Shown one piece after another: positions 7,307-18,130 of a stretch of 64,000 nt of DNA (position 1 is the first letter of the stretch; every line of letters starts with the position of its first letter). Origin of the DNA: an uncultured Acidimicrobiaceae bacterium. GTDB taxonomy: Bacteria > Actinomycetota > Acidimicrobiia > Acidimicrobiales > RAAP-2. The notes beneath the pieces were generated by a model. That model saw nothing but the letters and a program-made list of their open reading frames with translations. It did not search any database and was not told the DNA's origin. The stretch covers positions 2,030 to 66,029 of the forward strand of contig CAWECP010000009.1 in NCBI GenBank assembly GCA_963807675.1. Direction: 5' to 3'. A program made the translations under genes and the position numbers.

Positions 7307-9752
7307 GTGTCCCCGGATACGGGCAGGTCAGCCGGTAGTCTCGGCCTCACTGTGGTGACCAAGACCCGCGGGCGGGCCCCGACGCGTGCGCCCGCCCGCT
7401 CTTCCGGCAAGAAGCCCGCCAACCGTTCCAAGGCCGCCGCCCAGTCGCGCCCGCCTTTCTGGCGCGTCCAGGCACGCGACCTGTGGGCCGTGGGCCTGGT
7501 CACCCTCGGCGTCCTGCTCGCCCTGGCCCTGTGGGGCCAGCAGCTCGGCCCGGTCGGCCACGGCGCCGACTCCGCCCTGGCCCTCGTCGCCGGCTGGGCC
7601 CGCATCCTCCTGCCGCTCGTCGTCATCGGCGCCGGCGTGGCGCTGCTGATCGACCGGGGCGAGCGGGGGGAGGACACGCCGCCCGGCACCGATCCTGTCC
7701 GCCTGGCCGTCGGCATCGTGCTCGGCCTGCTCGGCGTGTGTGGCCTGGCCGAGCTGGCCCAGGGCACCCCTGCCCTGTCCGACTCCGCCGCCCTGCGCAA
7801 GGGGGGCGGCTACCTGGGCGGGGTGGTCGGCTCGCCCCTGCACGCCGGGCTCGGCGCCGCCGGCGCCGCCGTCCTCCTCGTGGCCGTGGTCCTCGTCGGC
7901 ATCCTGATCGCCACCGGCGTCCCCCTGCAGTCGGTGGGCCGGGGCCTGCGCCGCGCCGGCGCCGCCACGGGCCGCACGGCCCTCGGGCTCTGGCGGGGCA
8001 AGCCCTTCGTGACGCCCATCGAGCACTTGGACGACGACGAGGCCGAGGCCGCCTCGCCGCCCCCGGCTCCGGTCTTCCCCGAGGACGCACCTCCCGACGA
8101 GCCACCGCCCGACGCCGACGACATCGACATCCCGCTCGACCCCGAACCCGAGCCGGTCGAGGCCGGCACGCCCGAACCCGCACCGGTCCCGGCCAGCCAC
8201 CGCGAGCCGGGCGAGTGGGTGCTCCCGGCCATGTCGCTCCTGCACGCCTCCAAGAAGATGCACCAGGACCAGCGTCAGGTCGACGCGGCCGGGGTGGAGC
8301 TGGTGCGCGCCCTGGCTGCCCACGGCGTCGAGACCCGCCTGGTCGGCAGCCGCGTCGGCCCGACCGTGACGCGCTACGAGCTCGAGCTCGGCCCCGGCGT
8401 CAAGGTGGCCCGCGTCACCAGCCTGTCCAAGGACATCGCCTACGCCATGGCCTCGCCGGACGTGCGCATCCTGGCCCCCATCCCGGGGAAGTCGGCCATC
8501 GGCGTCGAGGTGCCCAACCGGACGCGCCAGCTGGTGTCGCTGCGCGACATCCTCGATGCCAAAGAGGCGCGCGTCACGCCGACCACCCACCCGCTCGAGG
8601 TGGCCATGGGCCGCGACATCGCCGGGCGCGCCGTCGTGGCCAACCTGGCCGAAATGCCGCACATCCTCATTTCGGGCGCCACCGGGTCCGGCAAGTCGTC
8701 GTGCATGAACTCGCTCATCACGTCGATCCTCATGCGCCAGGACCCCGACCACGTCAAGCTCATTTTGGTCGATCCCAAGCGCGTCGAGCTCGGCCAGTAC
8801 GACGGGCTGCCCCACCTGCTCAGCCGCGTCGTCGTCGACCCCAAGCAGGCGGCCAACGCGCTCGGCCTGGGCCGTCAAGGAGATGGAGCGCCGCTACGAC
8901 CTCCTGGCCGAGAACGGGGCCCGCGACATCACCGGTTACAACCAGCTGGTGGCCGAGGGCCGGGTGGCCACGCCGCCCTCCGACAAGCGGCGCGTGCGCG
9001 AGGTGGCCGCCCGGGCGCTCGGCGAGGGGCACCCCGGCATCGACGACGAGACGGATCCCGAAGACCCCGAGCCGCCCCGGCCGCTGCCCTTCGTCCTCGT
9101 CGTGGTGGACGAGCTCAACGACCTCATGATGGTGGCCGCCCGCGACGTCGAGGACTCCATCGTCCGCATCGCCCAGATGGCGCGCGCCGTCGGCATCCAC
9201 CTGGTGATCGCCACCCAGCGCCCCTCGGTCGACGTCATCACCGGCGTGATCAAGGCCAACATCCCGAGCCGCATGGCCTTCTCCGTCTCCACCCTCATGG
9301 ACAGCCGCGTCATTCTCGACCAGCCCGGCGCCGAGCGGCTGGTGGGCAAGGGCGACATGCTCCTGCTCGAGGCCTCGTCCAACGTGCTGCGCCGCCTGCA
9401 GGCCCCGTGGGTGTCCGAGGAGGAGGTGCGCGACGTGGTGGCGCACTGGAAGCGCCAGGGCGGGATCACCGAGCCGGTGGTCGGCATCGGGAACGCCGAC
9501 ACCTCGGCATCGGGCGGCGCCGGCCTCGATGACGACGACGACGAGCTGCTGGCCCAGGCCCGCGACCTCGTCGTGCGCTCGCAGCTGGGCTCCACCTCCA
9601 TGCTGCAGCGCAAGCTGCGGGTCGGCTTCGCCCGGGCCGGCCGGCTGATGGACCTGCTCGAGCAACAGGGCGTCGTCGGTCCCAGCGAGGGCTCCAAGGC
9701 CCGCGCCGTCCTCATGACGCCCGACGAGCTCGACGCACTCAGCCGGCGGTGA
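7307..9752 (+). CDS. ftsK: DNA translocase FtsK/SpoIIIE, split by an apparent 1-nt insertion near 8867
   Basis: N-terminal TM region, then Walker [10 protein letters not shown] and [11 protein letters not shown]...[14 protein letters not shown]. Frame changes between ...AANALG and [13 protein letters not shown]. Total length is 3n+1. The start may be GTG 7352 or 7355. Confidence 0.9.
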
Positions 9753-11083
9753 GCGAGTCCAGCCCGGCGCCCCTCATGGTGGCGCCCTTCCGACTGGACT
9801 CGCTGCGCGAGCCGAAGCCGGCTCCTCCGCCGCCGGAACCCGGATCCCACCGGCGTGCCCGCTCGCGCCGGCGCCGCCGGCGTTCGAGCGTCCTCCTCAC
9901 GTTGCTCGTCGTACTCGTCCTGCTCCTCGCTGCGGCCGGCGCGTTCGCCGCGGTCAGGCTCAGCGCGGCCGACCCGCCGCCCGCGGTCACCTCGGTCGCG
10001 CTCCACCCGGTCGCCGTGCCGGCCAAGACCGTGGCGCTGCCGTGGCCCCAGATCGGGCAGGGGGCCATCGCCGTTCCGTCCATCGGCGTCGACGTGGCGT
10101 CCGGCCCCGAGCAGCCGGTGCCGGTGGCCAGTCTGACCAAGTTGATGACGGCGTACGTGATCCTGAGCGACCACCCGCTGACCACCGGGCGATCCGGTCC
10201 GACGATCACGGTGACGGCGGCAGACGTCCAGGACTACGACAACGACACCGTCAACGACGACTCCAACGCGCAGGTGGTCGCCGGCGAGCAGCTCTCGGAG
10301 GAGCAGGTGCTCGGCGGCATGCTCATCCACTCGGCCGACAACTACGCCGACCTCCTCGCCCGCTGGGACGCCGGCAGCCAGGCCGCCTTCGTGGCGAAGA
10401 TGAACGCGGACGCCGTCAAGCTCGGCATGGACCATTCCCACTTCGCCGACGCCAGCGGTGTCAGCCCGGGCTCGCAGTCGACCGCCTCCGACCTCTTGAA
10501 GGTGGCGGGGGCCGACATGGAGAACCCGGTCTTCGCCTCGCTGGTCCAAATGTCCTCCATCACGCTGCCGGTGGCCGGCACCATCTCCACGTACACCCCA
10601 CTGCTGGGCCTGGCGGGCATCATCGGGGTGAAGTCCGGCTTCACCACGGCGGCCGGAGGCTGTGACGTCCTGGCGGTCGTGCGGCGCGTCCATGGGCACC
10701 TCACCCTGCTGCTGGCGGCGGTGACCGGGCAGATGGGCCCCGTGGTCCTGGCGCAGGCGGGACTGCACGGGCTGGCGCTCGTCGACGCGGTGCAGCGGTT
10801 GATCGGCACCACCTCGGTCCTGCGCGGCGGCCAGCTGGTGGCGCGCGTGACCGAGGCCGGCCGCACCGTCGACGCCCATGCCGCGGCGTCCGTGTCCATG
10901 CTCACCTGGCCCGGGGTGAAGGTGGCCCGGACCTTCCAGCCCGATCGGCGCCTGACCGATAAGGCGCAGCGCGGGGCGACCGTGGGCACGGTCGTGCTGC
11001 GTCTGGGCCTGCAGCACGTGGTGGTGCCGGTGCGCATCCACCAGGACGTGCCCCGACCGTCGCTCCTCCAGCGCCTGTTCTGA
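9749..11083 (+). CDS. D-alanyl-D-alanine carboxypeptidase (S11 penicillin-binding protein family), membrane-anchored
   Basis: SxxK motif in [15 protein letters not shown]-terminal Arg-rich segment plus TM helix. The start overlaps the ftsK stop. Confidence 0.8.
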   Translation: MSESSPAPLMVAPFRLDSLREPKPAPPPPEPGSHRRARSRRRRRRSSVLLTLLVVLVLLLAAAGAFAAVRLSAADPPPAVTSVALHPVAVPAKTVALPWPQIGQGAIAVPSIGVDVASGPEQPVPVASLTKLMTAYVILSDHPLTTGRSGPTITVTAADVQDYDNDTVNDDSNAQVVAGEQLSEEQVLGGMLIHSADNYADLLARWDAGSQAAFVAKMNADAVKLGMDHSHFADASGVSPGSQSTASDLLKVAGADMENPVFASLVQMSSITLPVAGTISTYTPLLGLAGIIGVKSGFTTAAGGCDVLAVVRRVHGHLTLLLAAVTGQMGPVVLAQAGLHGLALVDAVQRLIGTTSVLRGGQLVARVTEAGRTVDAHAAASVSMLTWPGVKVARTFQPDRRLTDKAQRGATVGTVVLRLGLQHVVVPVRIHQDVPRPSLLQRLF

Positions 11084-11115
11084 GAGAGCGGTCCTCCACG
11101 GCTTCCTGCACCGGC

Positions 11116-12093
11116 GTGGCTGCGCCGTGCGCCGGAATGGCCACACATTGCAGGCACTTTGGGCTGGGCCTGTGCACCAGCACCCTGCCAGTCGATCCAT
11201 CCCGATCTGGTGCGAAATACGCTGGCGAGATGCCATCGCCGGAAGGGGCCAACCGTGGTCCAGTCCCTTGGTTACGTCATCGGATCGCCCGGGCAGCAGG
11301 TCGTGCCGCCGAGAAGATCGATTCGGATCCCGAGTCGGCGCTTCAGTCCGCTCAAGCCACTCTCGACTGGTCGACCCGTCACAACGGCCCCGAATCGACG
11401 ATGACGGTAAACGCCAAGGGAGAGGTTGCAGAACGATTGGAGCAGGTGGGTCGCTACGAGGAAGCACTTCGGCTCAGGACGGATGTCGCCACACATGCCC
11501 GGCTTCATCTTGGGGCAGACGATCCGAGCACGCTCACGGCCGAGGGATTCCAGGCGTTCGACCTCGATCGGCTCGGTCGGCATCAAGACGCGCTGCCCCT
11601 CTTCGAACACGTTCTCGCCGGTCGAACCGATGTGCTGGGACCGGATCATGAGCTGACGTTGCTGGCCATGGAGTGGCTCGGTTGCACGCTGAGAAGTCTC
11701 GGAGACCTTCCCGAGTCACGTCACCTCCTCCAGGAGGCTGTGGATCGATACGAACAACAAGGCGCCGGCGAGACCGAGGACTGCATGAAGAGCACGTCGC
11801 ACCTGGCCACCACTCTGTTCCAACTCGGCCAGGTCACGGAGTCTTGTGAGTTACGCAGACGCATCGTCGATGTCCGAAATCGAACATTGGGTCCCGATGC
11901 TCTGACGACGTTGAGTTCGCTCGAGAACCTGGCCACCACTCTGAAGCGGATCGATGAAGTCGATGAGGCCAAGGTGATCTATGAGAACCTTCTGACAAAG
12001 AGGATCCGCCTGCTCGGTGCAGACCACCCGGACACGCAGCGCACCAGAGAGATGCTGAGCGTCATCGACCACGCCCTCGGAAGCGACCCGTAG
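11116..12093 (+). CDS. tetratricopeptide-repeat (TPR_10/12-like) protein
   Basis: Repeated LGxDHPDTL-type TPR units (LGADDPSTL, LGPDHELTL, LGPDALTTL, LGADHPDTQ). Region is visibly more A/T-rich than its flanks. The ATG at 11230 is a plausible true start. Confidence 0.6.
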   Translation: MAAPCAGMATHCRHFGLGLCTSTLPVDPSRSGAKYAGEMPSPEGANRGPVPWLRHRIARAAGRAAEKIDSDPESALQSAQATLDWSTRHNGPESTMTVNAKGEVAERLEQVGRYEEALRLRTDVATHARLHLGADDPSTLTAEGFQAFDLDRLGRHQDALPLFEHVLAGRTDVLGPDHELTLLAMEWLGCTLRSLGDLPESRHLLQEAVDRYEQQGAGETEDCMKSTSHLATTLFQLGQVTESCELRRRIVDVRNRTLGPDALTTLSSLENLATTLKRIDEVDEAKVIYENLLTKRIRLLGADHPDTQRTREMLSVIDHALGSDP

Positions 12094-12282
12094 ATCCACC
12101 GCACCAGGTCGCCCGAAGTGGTCAGCTCACCGTCTTGGCGACGATGGCGATTCATCCCGCCAGGTAATCCAGTCCGGAGGCAGAGAGGGGAACGGCTCAC
12201 TTCGGACTGCCCGAACTGACCTGGGGACCCCGTGGCTGCGCCATACCGCGCCAGCCCGTTGTGAGTTATTAGCCTGAGCGCC

Positions 12283-13149
12283 GTGCGCGCCCGGGCCCCA
12301 GCGTCGTCGGCCAATCTCGGGCCCGGCTTCGACACGCTCGCCGTCGCCCTGGACTGCTACGTCAGCGTCGAGGTGGAGGAGGCGCCCGCCCTGGTGGTGC
12401 GTACCGAAGGCGAGGGTGCGGGCCTTTTCGACGATGCGTCGCACCTGGCCGCGCGCGTGGTCGCCGCGGTGCTCGGTCACGACCGCTTCGCCGTGACCGT
12501 GCGCTCCCAGATCCCGGTCGCCCGGGGCCTCGGATCATCCGCCGCGCTGGTCGCGGCCGCGGCCGCGGCGGCCGGCGCCGAGGATCCGTTCGCCGTGGCC
12601 GCCGCCTACGACGGCCATCCGGAGAACGCGGCCGCCAGTGCCTACGGCGGGCTGGTCGCCGCCACCACGGTGGGAGGCGTCCCGGTCTACGCCCGCCTCC
12701 CCCTCGGCGACGATCTGGCGTTCGTGGCCATCGTCCCCGACCGCAACCTGTCGACTCCCGGAGCGCGGGCCCTCCTGCCCGAGACGCTGAGCCGCGCCGA
12801 CGCCGTGTTCAACCTGGGACGGATGGGCCTGCTCCTGGCCGGCCTGGCCGATCCGGCCGAGCTGACGGCGGACGCCACCGACGACCGCATCCACCAGCTT
12901 CCCCGTACCGCGCTGTTCCCGGAGGCGCCGGCGCTGCTGCAGGGTCTGTTGGACGCCGGCGCCCTGGCCGCCAGCTGGTCCGGCGCCGGTCCCACGCTGA
13001 TCGGCATGGTGCGCGCCGGCGTGCGGGAAGCCGTGCAGGCCGGGGCCGAGAAGGCGCTGGCGGTGTCGGGCGTCCCCGGTCGCGTGCTGGCCCTGCGGGC
13101 GGACCGGCGCGGCATCGTCTACGACGACGAGGCCGAAGTGGCCCTCTGA
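12283..13149 (+). CDS. thrB: homoserine kinase
   Basis: RAPASSANLGPGFDTLAVAL and the GHMP kinase motif PVARGLGSSAA. Confidence 0.9.
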   Translation: MRARAPASSANLGPGFDTLAVALDCYVSVEVEEAPALVVRTEGEGAGLFDDASHLAARVVAAVLGHDRFAVTVRSQIPVARGLGSSAALVAAAAAAAGAEDPFAVAAAYDGHPENAAASAYGGLVAATTVGGVPVYARLPLGDDLAFVAIVPDRNLSTPGARALLPETLSRADAVFNLGRMGLLLAGLADPAELTADATDDRIHQLPRTALFPEAPALLQGLLDAGALAASWSGAGPTLIGMVRAGVREAVQAGAEKALAVSGVPGRVLALRADRRGIVYDDEAEVAL

Positions 13150-13158
13150 GGGGGACGG

Positions 13159-13656
13159 TCAGCCGAGCTGGCCGTTGAGCGTCGTGACGTCGCCCTGCAG
13201 CTGATGAATCGCCGACGCGATGTTAAAGGTGTTGAGGACCTGGTTGTAGTTGGCCTGTGTGGGTTGCGCGTCGCCGAGGATCTCCAGACTGTTGGCCAGT
13301 GTCTGCGCGGCGTCGCGGGTGGTGTTCAGGTCACCGGCCGGTGCCTGGAACCCGCGGCCCACCGCCAGCAGGTTGGCGTAGGTGTGGATCTGGCCACCCA
13401 GCGTGCGGTCCGCCGCCTCGACGCAGACGACGGGGGTCGTCGCCGAGGCGCATTTGGAGGATGTCGACGTGTACACGTCCATCTGGTGCAGCAGGGTCGT
13501 GCCGGCGCCCTGGAGCTGCCCGTTCGACACCTGGGTCGAGCCTCCGCCGGCGGTCGTCGGCGACCCGGATCCGGACCCCGAGCTGCAGGCGGCCAGGACG
13601 AGGGGCAGCAGCACGACGGCCCACCGAGCGCGCCGGGGCAGTGTGGGTCGGGTCAC
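13159..13656 (-). CDS. small lipoprotein of unknown function
   Basis: Lipobox LVLAAC followed by an SSGSGSGS linker. This is the C-terminal part of a long ORF that is otherwise antisense to miaB; GTG start at 13656. Confidence 0.55.
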   Translation of the reverse strand: MTRPTLPRRARWAVVLLPLVLAACSSGSGSGSPTTAGGGSTQVSNGQLQGAGTTLLHQMDVYTSTSSKCASATTPVVCVEAADRTLGGQIHTYANLLAVGRGFQAPAGDLNTTRDAAQTLANSLEILGDAQPTQANYNQVLNTFNIASAIHQLQGDVTTLNGQLG

Positions 13657-13698
13657 GATCGAGAATCGTAGGCCCCGGCGCTCCCTAGACTTCGTCAA

Positions 13699-15096
13699 AT
13701 GTCCCGGACGTACTTCATCCGCACCTTCGGGTGCCAGATGAACGAGCACGACTCGGAGCGGCTGGCCGGCCTCTTGGTGGCCGACGGCCTGGAGCCGGCC
13801 GCCACGGTGGAGGAGGCGGACGTCGTGGTGCTCAACACCTGCTGCATCCGGGAGAACGCTGACCAGCGCCTCTACGGGACCCTGGGCCGGCTCAAGGAGC
13901 TGGTCGACGCCAAGCCGGGACTCCAGATCGCCGTGGGCGGCTGCCTGGCCCAGAAGGACCGCGAGCTCGTCCAGCAGAAGGTGGGCTGGGTCGACGTCGT
14001 GTTCGGCACGCACAACCTGGCCAGCGCGCCGGGCCTGCTGCGCCGGGCCCGTACCGAAGGGCCCGTGATGGAGATCCTCGACGCACCGTCGCCCGAGGCG
14101 GCCACCAATCCGTTGCTCGGGCCCGGTGCGGTGCGCGAGCTGCCGTACGCGGCCTGGGTCAACATCCAGACGGGCTGCGACAACTCGTGTGCCTTCTGCA
14201 TCGTCCCGTCGGTCCGCGGGCCCGAGGTGAGCCGCCCCCTCGGCGACATCGTGGCCGAGGTCGAACTGCTGGCGCGGCGGGGAGTCACCGAGGTCACGCT
14301 GCTCGGGCAGAACGTCAACTCCTACGGTCGCGACCTGACCCGGCGCCGGCCCCTCTTCGCCGAGCTCCTGCGGGCCGTCGGTGCCGTGGACGGCATCGGA
14401 CGCGTCCGCTTCACCAGCCCGCACCCCAAGGACTTGCGGCCCGAGACGATCGAGGCGATGGCCGGGACGCCGGAGGTCTGCGAGCAGCTGCACTTGCCGC
14501 TGCAGTCGGGCAGCGACACCGTGCTGCGCGCCATGCGGCGCGGCTACACGGCGCAGCGCTACCTCGAGCGGCTCGCCGCGGCGCGCCGGGCCATCGACGA
14601 CCTGGCGGTGACGACCGACATCATCGTCGGCTTCCCCGGCGAGACGGACGATGACTTCGAGGAGACCTTGGCGCTGTGTGCGGAGGCGGCCTACGACAGC
14701 GCGTTCACGTTCATCTTCTCCCCGCGGCCGGGCACGCGGGCGGCCGCCATGGAGGACCGGTTCGTCCCGGCCGACGTCATCGCGGAGCGATTCGAGCGGC
14801 TCAAGACGGTGATCGACCGCTCCGCGCTGGCCCGCCACCAGGCGCGGGTGGGTCGGAGCGAAGAGGTGCTCGTCGAGGGGGTGAGTCGCCGCGACGAGTC
14901 CATGCTGACCGGGCGGACCCGCCAGGGGAAGCTCGTCCACTTTCCGGCTGGCACCGACAGCGGCACGGGACCGGCGCCGGGCGCCCTGGCCCGGGTCGCG
15001 GTGACCGTCGGTCACCCGCACCACCTCTCCGGCCGGCTCGAGGAGGTGACGGTGCGGCCGCGCCACCGTGTGCGCATCCCGGTGGCGAGCGCTTGA
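13699..15096 (+). CDS. miaB: tRNA-i6A37 methylthiotransferase
   Basis: YFIRTFGCQMNEHDSE at the N-terminus and the radical SAM motif CDNSCAFC. Confidence 0.95.
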   Translation: MSRTYFIRTFGCQMNEHDSERLAGLLVADGLEPAATVEEADVVVLNTCCIRENADQRLYGTLGRLKELVDAKPGLQIAVGGCLAQKDRELVQQKVGWVDVVFGTHNLASAPGLLRRARTEGPVMEILDAPSPEAATNPLLGPGAVRELPYAAWVNIQTGCDNSCAFCIVPSVRGPEVSRPLGDIVAEVELLARRGVTEVTLLGQNVNSYGRDLTRRRPLFAELLRAVGAVDGIGRVRFTSPHPKDLRPETIEAMAGTPEVCEQLHLPLQSGSDTVLRAMRRGYTAQRYLERLAAARRAIDDLAVTTDIIVGFPGETDDDFEETLALCAEAAYDSAFTFIFSPRPGTRAAAMEDRFVPADVIAERFERLKTVIDRSALARHQARVGRSEEVLVEGVSRRDESMLTGRTRQGKLVHFPAGTDSGTGPAPGALARVAVTVGHPHHLSGRLEEVTVRPRHRVRIPVASA

Positions 15097-16008
15097 CGGC
15101 GGTCGCGCTCGTTGGCGTCACCGCCTCGGGCAAGTCCGAAGCGGCCCTCGAGCTGGCCGTCCGCCGGGGTGACTGCGAGCTCGTCTCGGTCGACTCCATG
15201 TGCGTCTACCGCGGCATGGACATCGGGACGTCCAAGCCGGACGCCGCCGCCCGGACCGCGGTGCCGCACCACCTGTTCGACCTGGTCGATCCCGACCAGG
15301 AGTTCACCGTCACCCAGTACCAGCGGGCCGCCCGGCTCGCGCTGTCCGACATCGAGCGGCGCGGCCGCCATGCCGTGCTGGTGGGCGGGACCGGGCTCTA
15401 CCTGCGCTCGGTGGTGGACGACCTCGCCATCCCGGGGCGCTTCCCCGACGTCGCGGCCGAGCTCGAGGCAGAGCTCGACGCGGGGCGCGCCGGGCCCGAG
15501 GACCTGCACGCACGCCTGGCCGAGCTGGACCCGGTGGCGGCCGGGCGCATGGCGCCGACCAACCGCCGGCGCGGTCGTGCGGGCGCTCGAGGTCACCATC
15601 GGGGCGGGCCAACCCTTCTCGGACTTCGGTCCCGGCCTCGAGGCCTATCCGGACACGGGGATCCCCCAGGTGGGCATCGCCCTGGCGCCCGACGAGGTCG
15701 ACCGCCGCGTCGGGGCGCGCTTCGCCACCATGGTCGAGCACGGGTTGGTGGGGGAGGTGCGCGACCTGGTGGCCCGGCCTGGCGGGCTGTCGCGCACGGC
15801 GCGCCAGGCGTTGGGCTACCGCGAGATCCTCTGTCACCTGGAGCAGGGTGTCCCGCTCGAGGACTGCCTCGGCGAGGCCGTCCAGCGCACGCGTCAGTTC
15901 GCCCGCCGCCAGGCCTCGTGGTTCCGCCGCGATCCCCGCATCACCTGGGCCGGCAGTGCCCACGAGGCCCAGCGCCTGCTCGCCGACGTGCTCGACGTGC
16001 ACGGTTGA
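15093..16008 (+). CDS. miaA: tRNA dimethylallyltransferase, split by an apparent 1-nt insertion at about 15573
   Basis: P-loop GVTASGKSE, then ...APTNRRR in one frame and VVRALEVTIG...RQFARRQASWFRRD in the next. Length is 3n+1. The TTG start overlaps the miaB stop. Confidence 0.9.
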
Positions 16009-16034
16009 ACGGGGCTACCTGCGACAATGGGGGA

Positions 16035-16850
16035 ATGAAGGCCACCAAGCACGAGGGGGCCGGGAACGACTTCCTGGTCGTCCTCGACCCGGAGGACGCC
16101 ATCCGGCTGTCGGTGGCCCAGGTCCGCCTGCTGGCCGATCGCCGACGCGGCGTGGGGGCCGACGGCATCATCCGGGTCGGCCCGGGCCGCGACGGGTGCG
16201 ACCTCTCCATGCAGCTGCACAACGCCGACGGCGGCGAGGCCGAAATGAGCGGCAACGGCATCCGCTGCCTGGCGCAGGCCGCCGTGGACGCGGGCCTGGT
16301 GGCCCCGCCGCGCTTCACCGTGGCCACCCGGGCCGGCGCCCGGACGGTCGAGTACGCGCCCGGGGCCGAAGCCGGATGGGCCCGGGCGAGTGTCGACATG
16401 GGCCCGGCCCGCCTGGGACCGGACCAGCCCCAGCTGTTCGAGGACCGGCGGGCCCGGACGGTCGACGTGGGCAACCCGCACCTGGTGCTGTTCGGTCCGG
16501 ACACGGCGAGCGTCGACATCGCCGAGCTCGGGCCCAAGCTGCAGACCTCCTTCTCGGGCGGCATCAACGTGGAGTGGATCACGGTCGCCGTCGACGCCGA
16601 GGGTGAGCTGCTCGACTTCCGGGTCTGGGAGCGCGGCGTGGGCGAGACGCTGGCCTGCGGCACCGGCAGCGTCGCCGCTGCCGCGGCGGCGCGCAGCTGG
16701 GGCGCGGTGGGCCACGGAACGATCCGCGTGCGCAATCCCGGCGGCGTCCTCGACGTGTCCCTGGGGGCCGACGAGGAGGCGACCACGCACCTGGCCGGCC
16801 CCGTGCGCAAGGTGGCGGACATCGACATCCACCCAGGGATGCTCTCTTGA
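16035..16850 (+). CDS. dapF: diaminopimelate epimerase
   Basis: KHEGAGNDFLVV, SGNGIRC, VDVGNPHLV and ACGTGS motifs. Confidence 0.9.
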   Translation: MKATKHEGAGNDFLVVLDPEDAIRLSVAQVRLLADRRRGVGADGIIRVGPGRDGCDLSMQLHNADGGEAEMSGNGIRCLAQAAVDAGLVAPPRFTVATRAGARTVEYAPGAEAGWARASVDMGPARLGPDQPQLFEDRRARTVDVGNPHLVLFGPDTASVDIAELGPKLQTSFSGGINVEWITVAVDAEGELLDFRVWERGVGETLACGTGSVAAAAAARSWGAVGHGTIRVRNPGGVLDVSLGADEEATTHLAGPVRKVADIDIHPGMLS

Positions 16851-18130
16851 GCAGCGTGCTACCCGGCACGCTCATCGAGCGCGCGTTCCGGGAGCGCATC
16901 ATCCTGGTCGGGGTCATCTTCCCGGGCCTGACGACCGAGCTGGTCGAAGAGGAGCTCGACGAGCTGGCGCAGCTGGTCGACAGCGCCGGCGCCGACGTGG
17001 TGGGACGGGTCGTGCAGCGGCGGGACGCGCCCGACCCGGCCACGTTCGTCGGGCGGGGCAAGGCCGAGGAGATCGCCGCGCTGAGCCGCACCCTCGACGC
17101 GGACACCGTGGTGTTCGACGACGAGCTCACGCCGGCGCAGCACCGGAACCTGGAGAAGCTCTTCGGCCGCACGGCCATCGACCGCACGGCGGTGATCCTC
17201 GACATCTTCGCCCAGAACGCGCGCAGCCCTGAGGGCAAGGCTCAGGTCGAGCTGGCCATCTTGCGCTACCGCCTGCCGCGGCTGCGGGGTCGGGGCACCC
17301 AGCTGAGCCAGCAGGCCGGCGGCATCGGCACCCGCGGCCCGGGCGAGACGCAGCTGGAGGTCGACCGCCGGCGCCTCGTGCGGCGCATGCACAAGCTGGA
17401 GGCGGAGCTGCGCGACGTCGAGCGGACGAGGTCGCTGCAGCGGCGCAGCCGGGCGCGCGGGCGCCACCGCGAGCTCACGCTGGTCGGCTACACGAACGCG
17501 GGGAAGTCCACGCTGCTCAACCAGCTGACCGATGCCGGCGTGCCGGCCGAGAACCGCCTGTTCGTGACGCTCGACCCGCGCACCCGCCAGCTGTCGCTGC
17601 CGGGCGGCGAGACCGTGCTGGTCACCGACACGGTCGGCTTCGTGCGCAAGCTGCCCCACGAGCTGGTCGAGGCCTTCCGCTCCACGCTGGACTCCGTGCA
17701 CCTCTCCGACCTCGTCCTCCATGTCGTCGACGGCGCCGCAACCAACGCCGAGGCGCAGATGGCGGCCGTACGTGAGGTGCTGGCCGAGATCGGAGCCGCC
17801 GACGTGCCCGAGTTGGTCGTCGTCAACAAGGCCGACCGGGCGCCGGACGAGGCCAAGGCGTTGGCCCACAGCCTGGAAGGCTCGGTGCTCGTGTCGGCCC
17901 GCACGGGGCAGGGCGTCGACGACCTCCTGCGCGTCGTCGGCGACCGGTTGCGCGGCTCCGACCGCGTGGTCGAGCTGGTCGTGCCGTGGTCCCGCGGCGA
18001 CGTGCTGGCCGCCATCCACCGCGAGGGAGAGGTGGTCGGCCAGCTCGATGGTGAGGAGTCGGCGACCGTGCAGGTGGTGCTGGACGACGTGGGCCGGGCC
18101 CGCTTCGCCGAGTTCGTGGCGGCCCGGTGA
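16847..18130 (+). CDS. hflX: GTPase HflX
   Basis: GIGTRGPGETQLEVDRR and the G1 motif GYTNAGKSTLLN. Confidence 0.95.
   Translation: MSSVLPGTLIERAFRERIILVGVIFPGLTTELVEEELDELAQLVDSAGADVVGRVVQRRDAPDPATFVGRGKAEEIAALSRTLDADTVVFDDELTPAQHRNLEKLFGRTAIDRTAVILDIFAQNARSPEGKAQVELAILRYRLPRLRGRGTQLSQQAGGIGTRGPGETQLEVDRRRLVRRMHKLEAELRDVERTRSLQRRSRARGRHRELTLVGYTNAGKSTLLNQLTDAGVPAENRLFVTLDPRTRQLSLPGGETVLVTDTVGFVRKLPHELVEAFRSTLDSVHLSDLVLHVVDGAATNAEAQMAAVREVLAEIGAADVPELVVVNKADRAPDEAKALAHSLEGSVLVSARTGQGVDDLLRVVGDRLRGSDRVVELVVPWSRGDVLAAIHREGEVVGQLDGEESATVQVVLDDVGRARFAEFVAAR

Noticed and set aside
4858-7800. 980-aa minus-strand ORF spanning copy B, the radical-SAM gene and the ftsK 5' end
   Set aside because: It is out of frame with or antisense to three recognisable genes. 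No motifs; a GC-driven open frame.
8861-8885. Programmed ribosomal frameshifting as an explanation for the split ftsK, miaA and dapD
   Set aside because: I saw no slippery heptamer or downstream structure. The same kind of break occurs in unrelated genes at short homopolymer or G/C-rich runs, which fits indel error better.
8936-11467. 843-aa minus-strand ORF opposite ftsK and the carboxypeptidase
   Set aside because: Antisense to two well-supported genes; low-complexity translation.
13657-15066. Upstream 470 aa of the 635-aa minus ORF 13159-15066
   Set aside because: Antisense to miaB. Only the last 165 codons (a lipoprotein with a lipobox) look like a real gene.
14676-16850. 724-aa plus ORF apparently fusing miaA and dapF
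   Set aside because: It is an artefact of the miaA frameshift. The middle part is out-of-frame miaA sequence. dapF has its own ATG at 16035.
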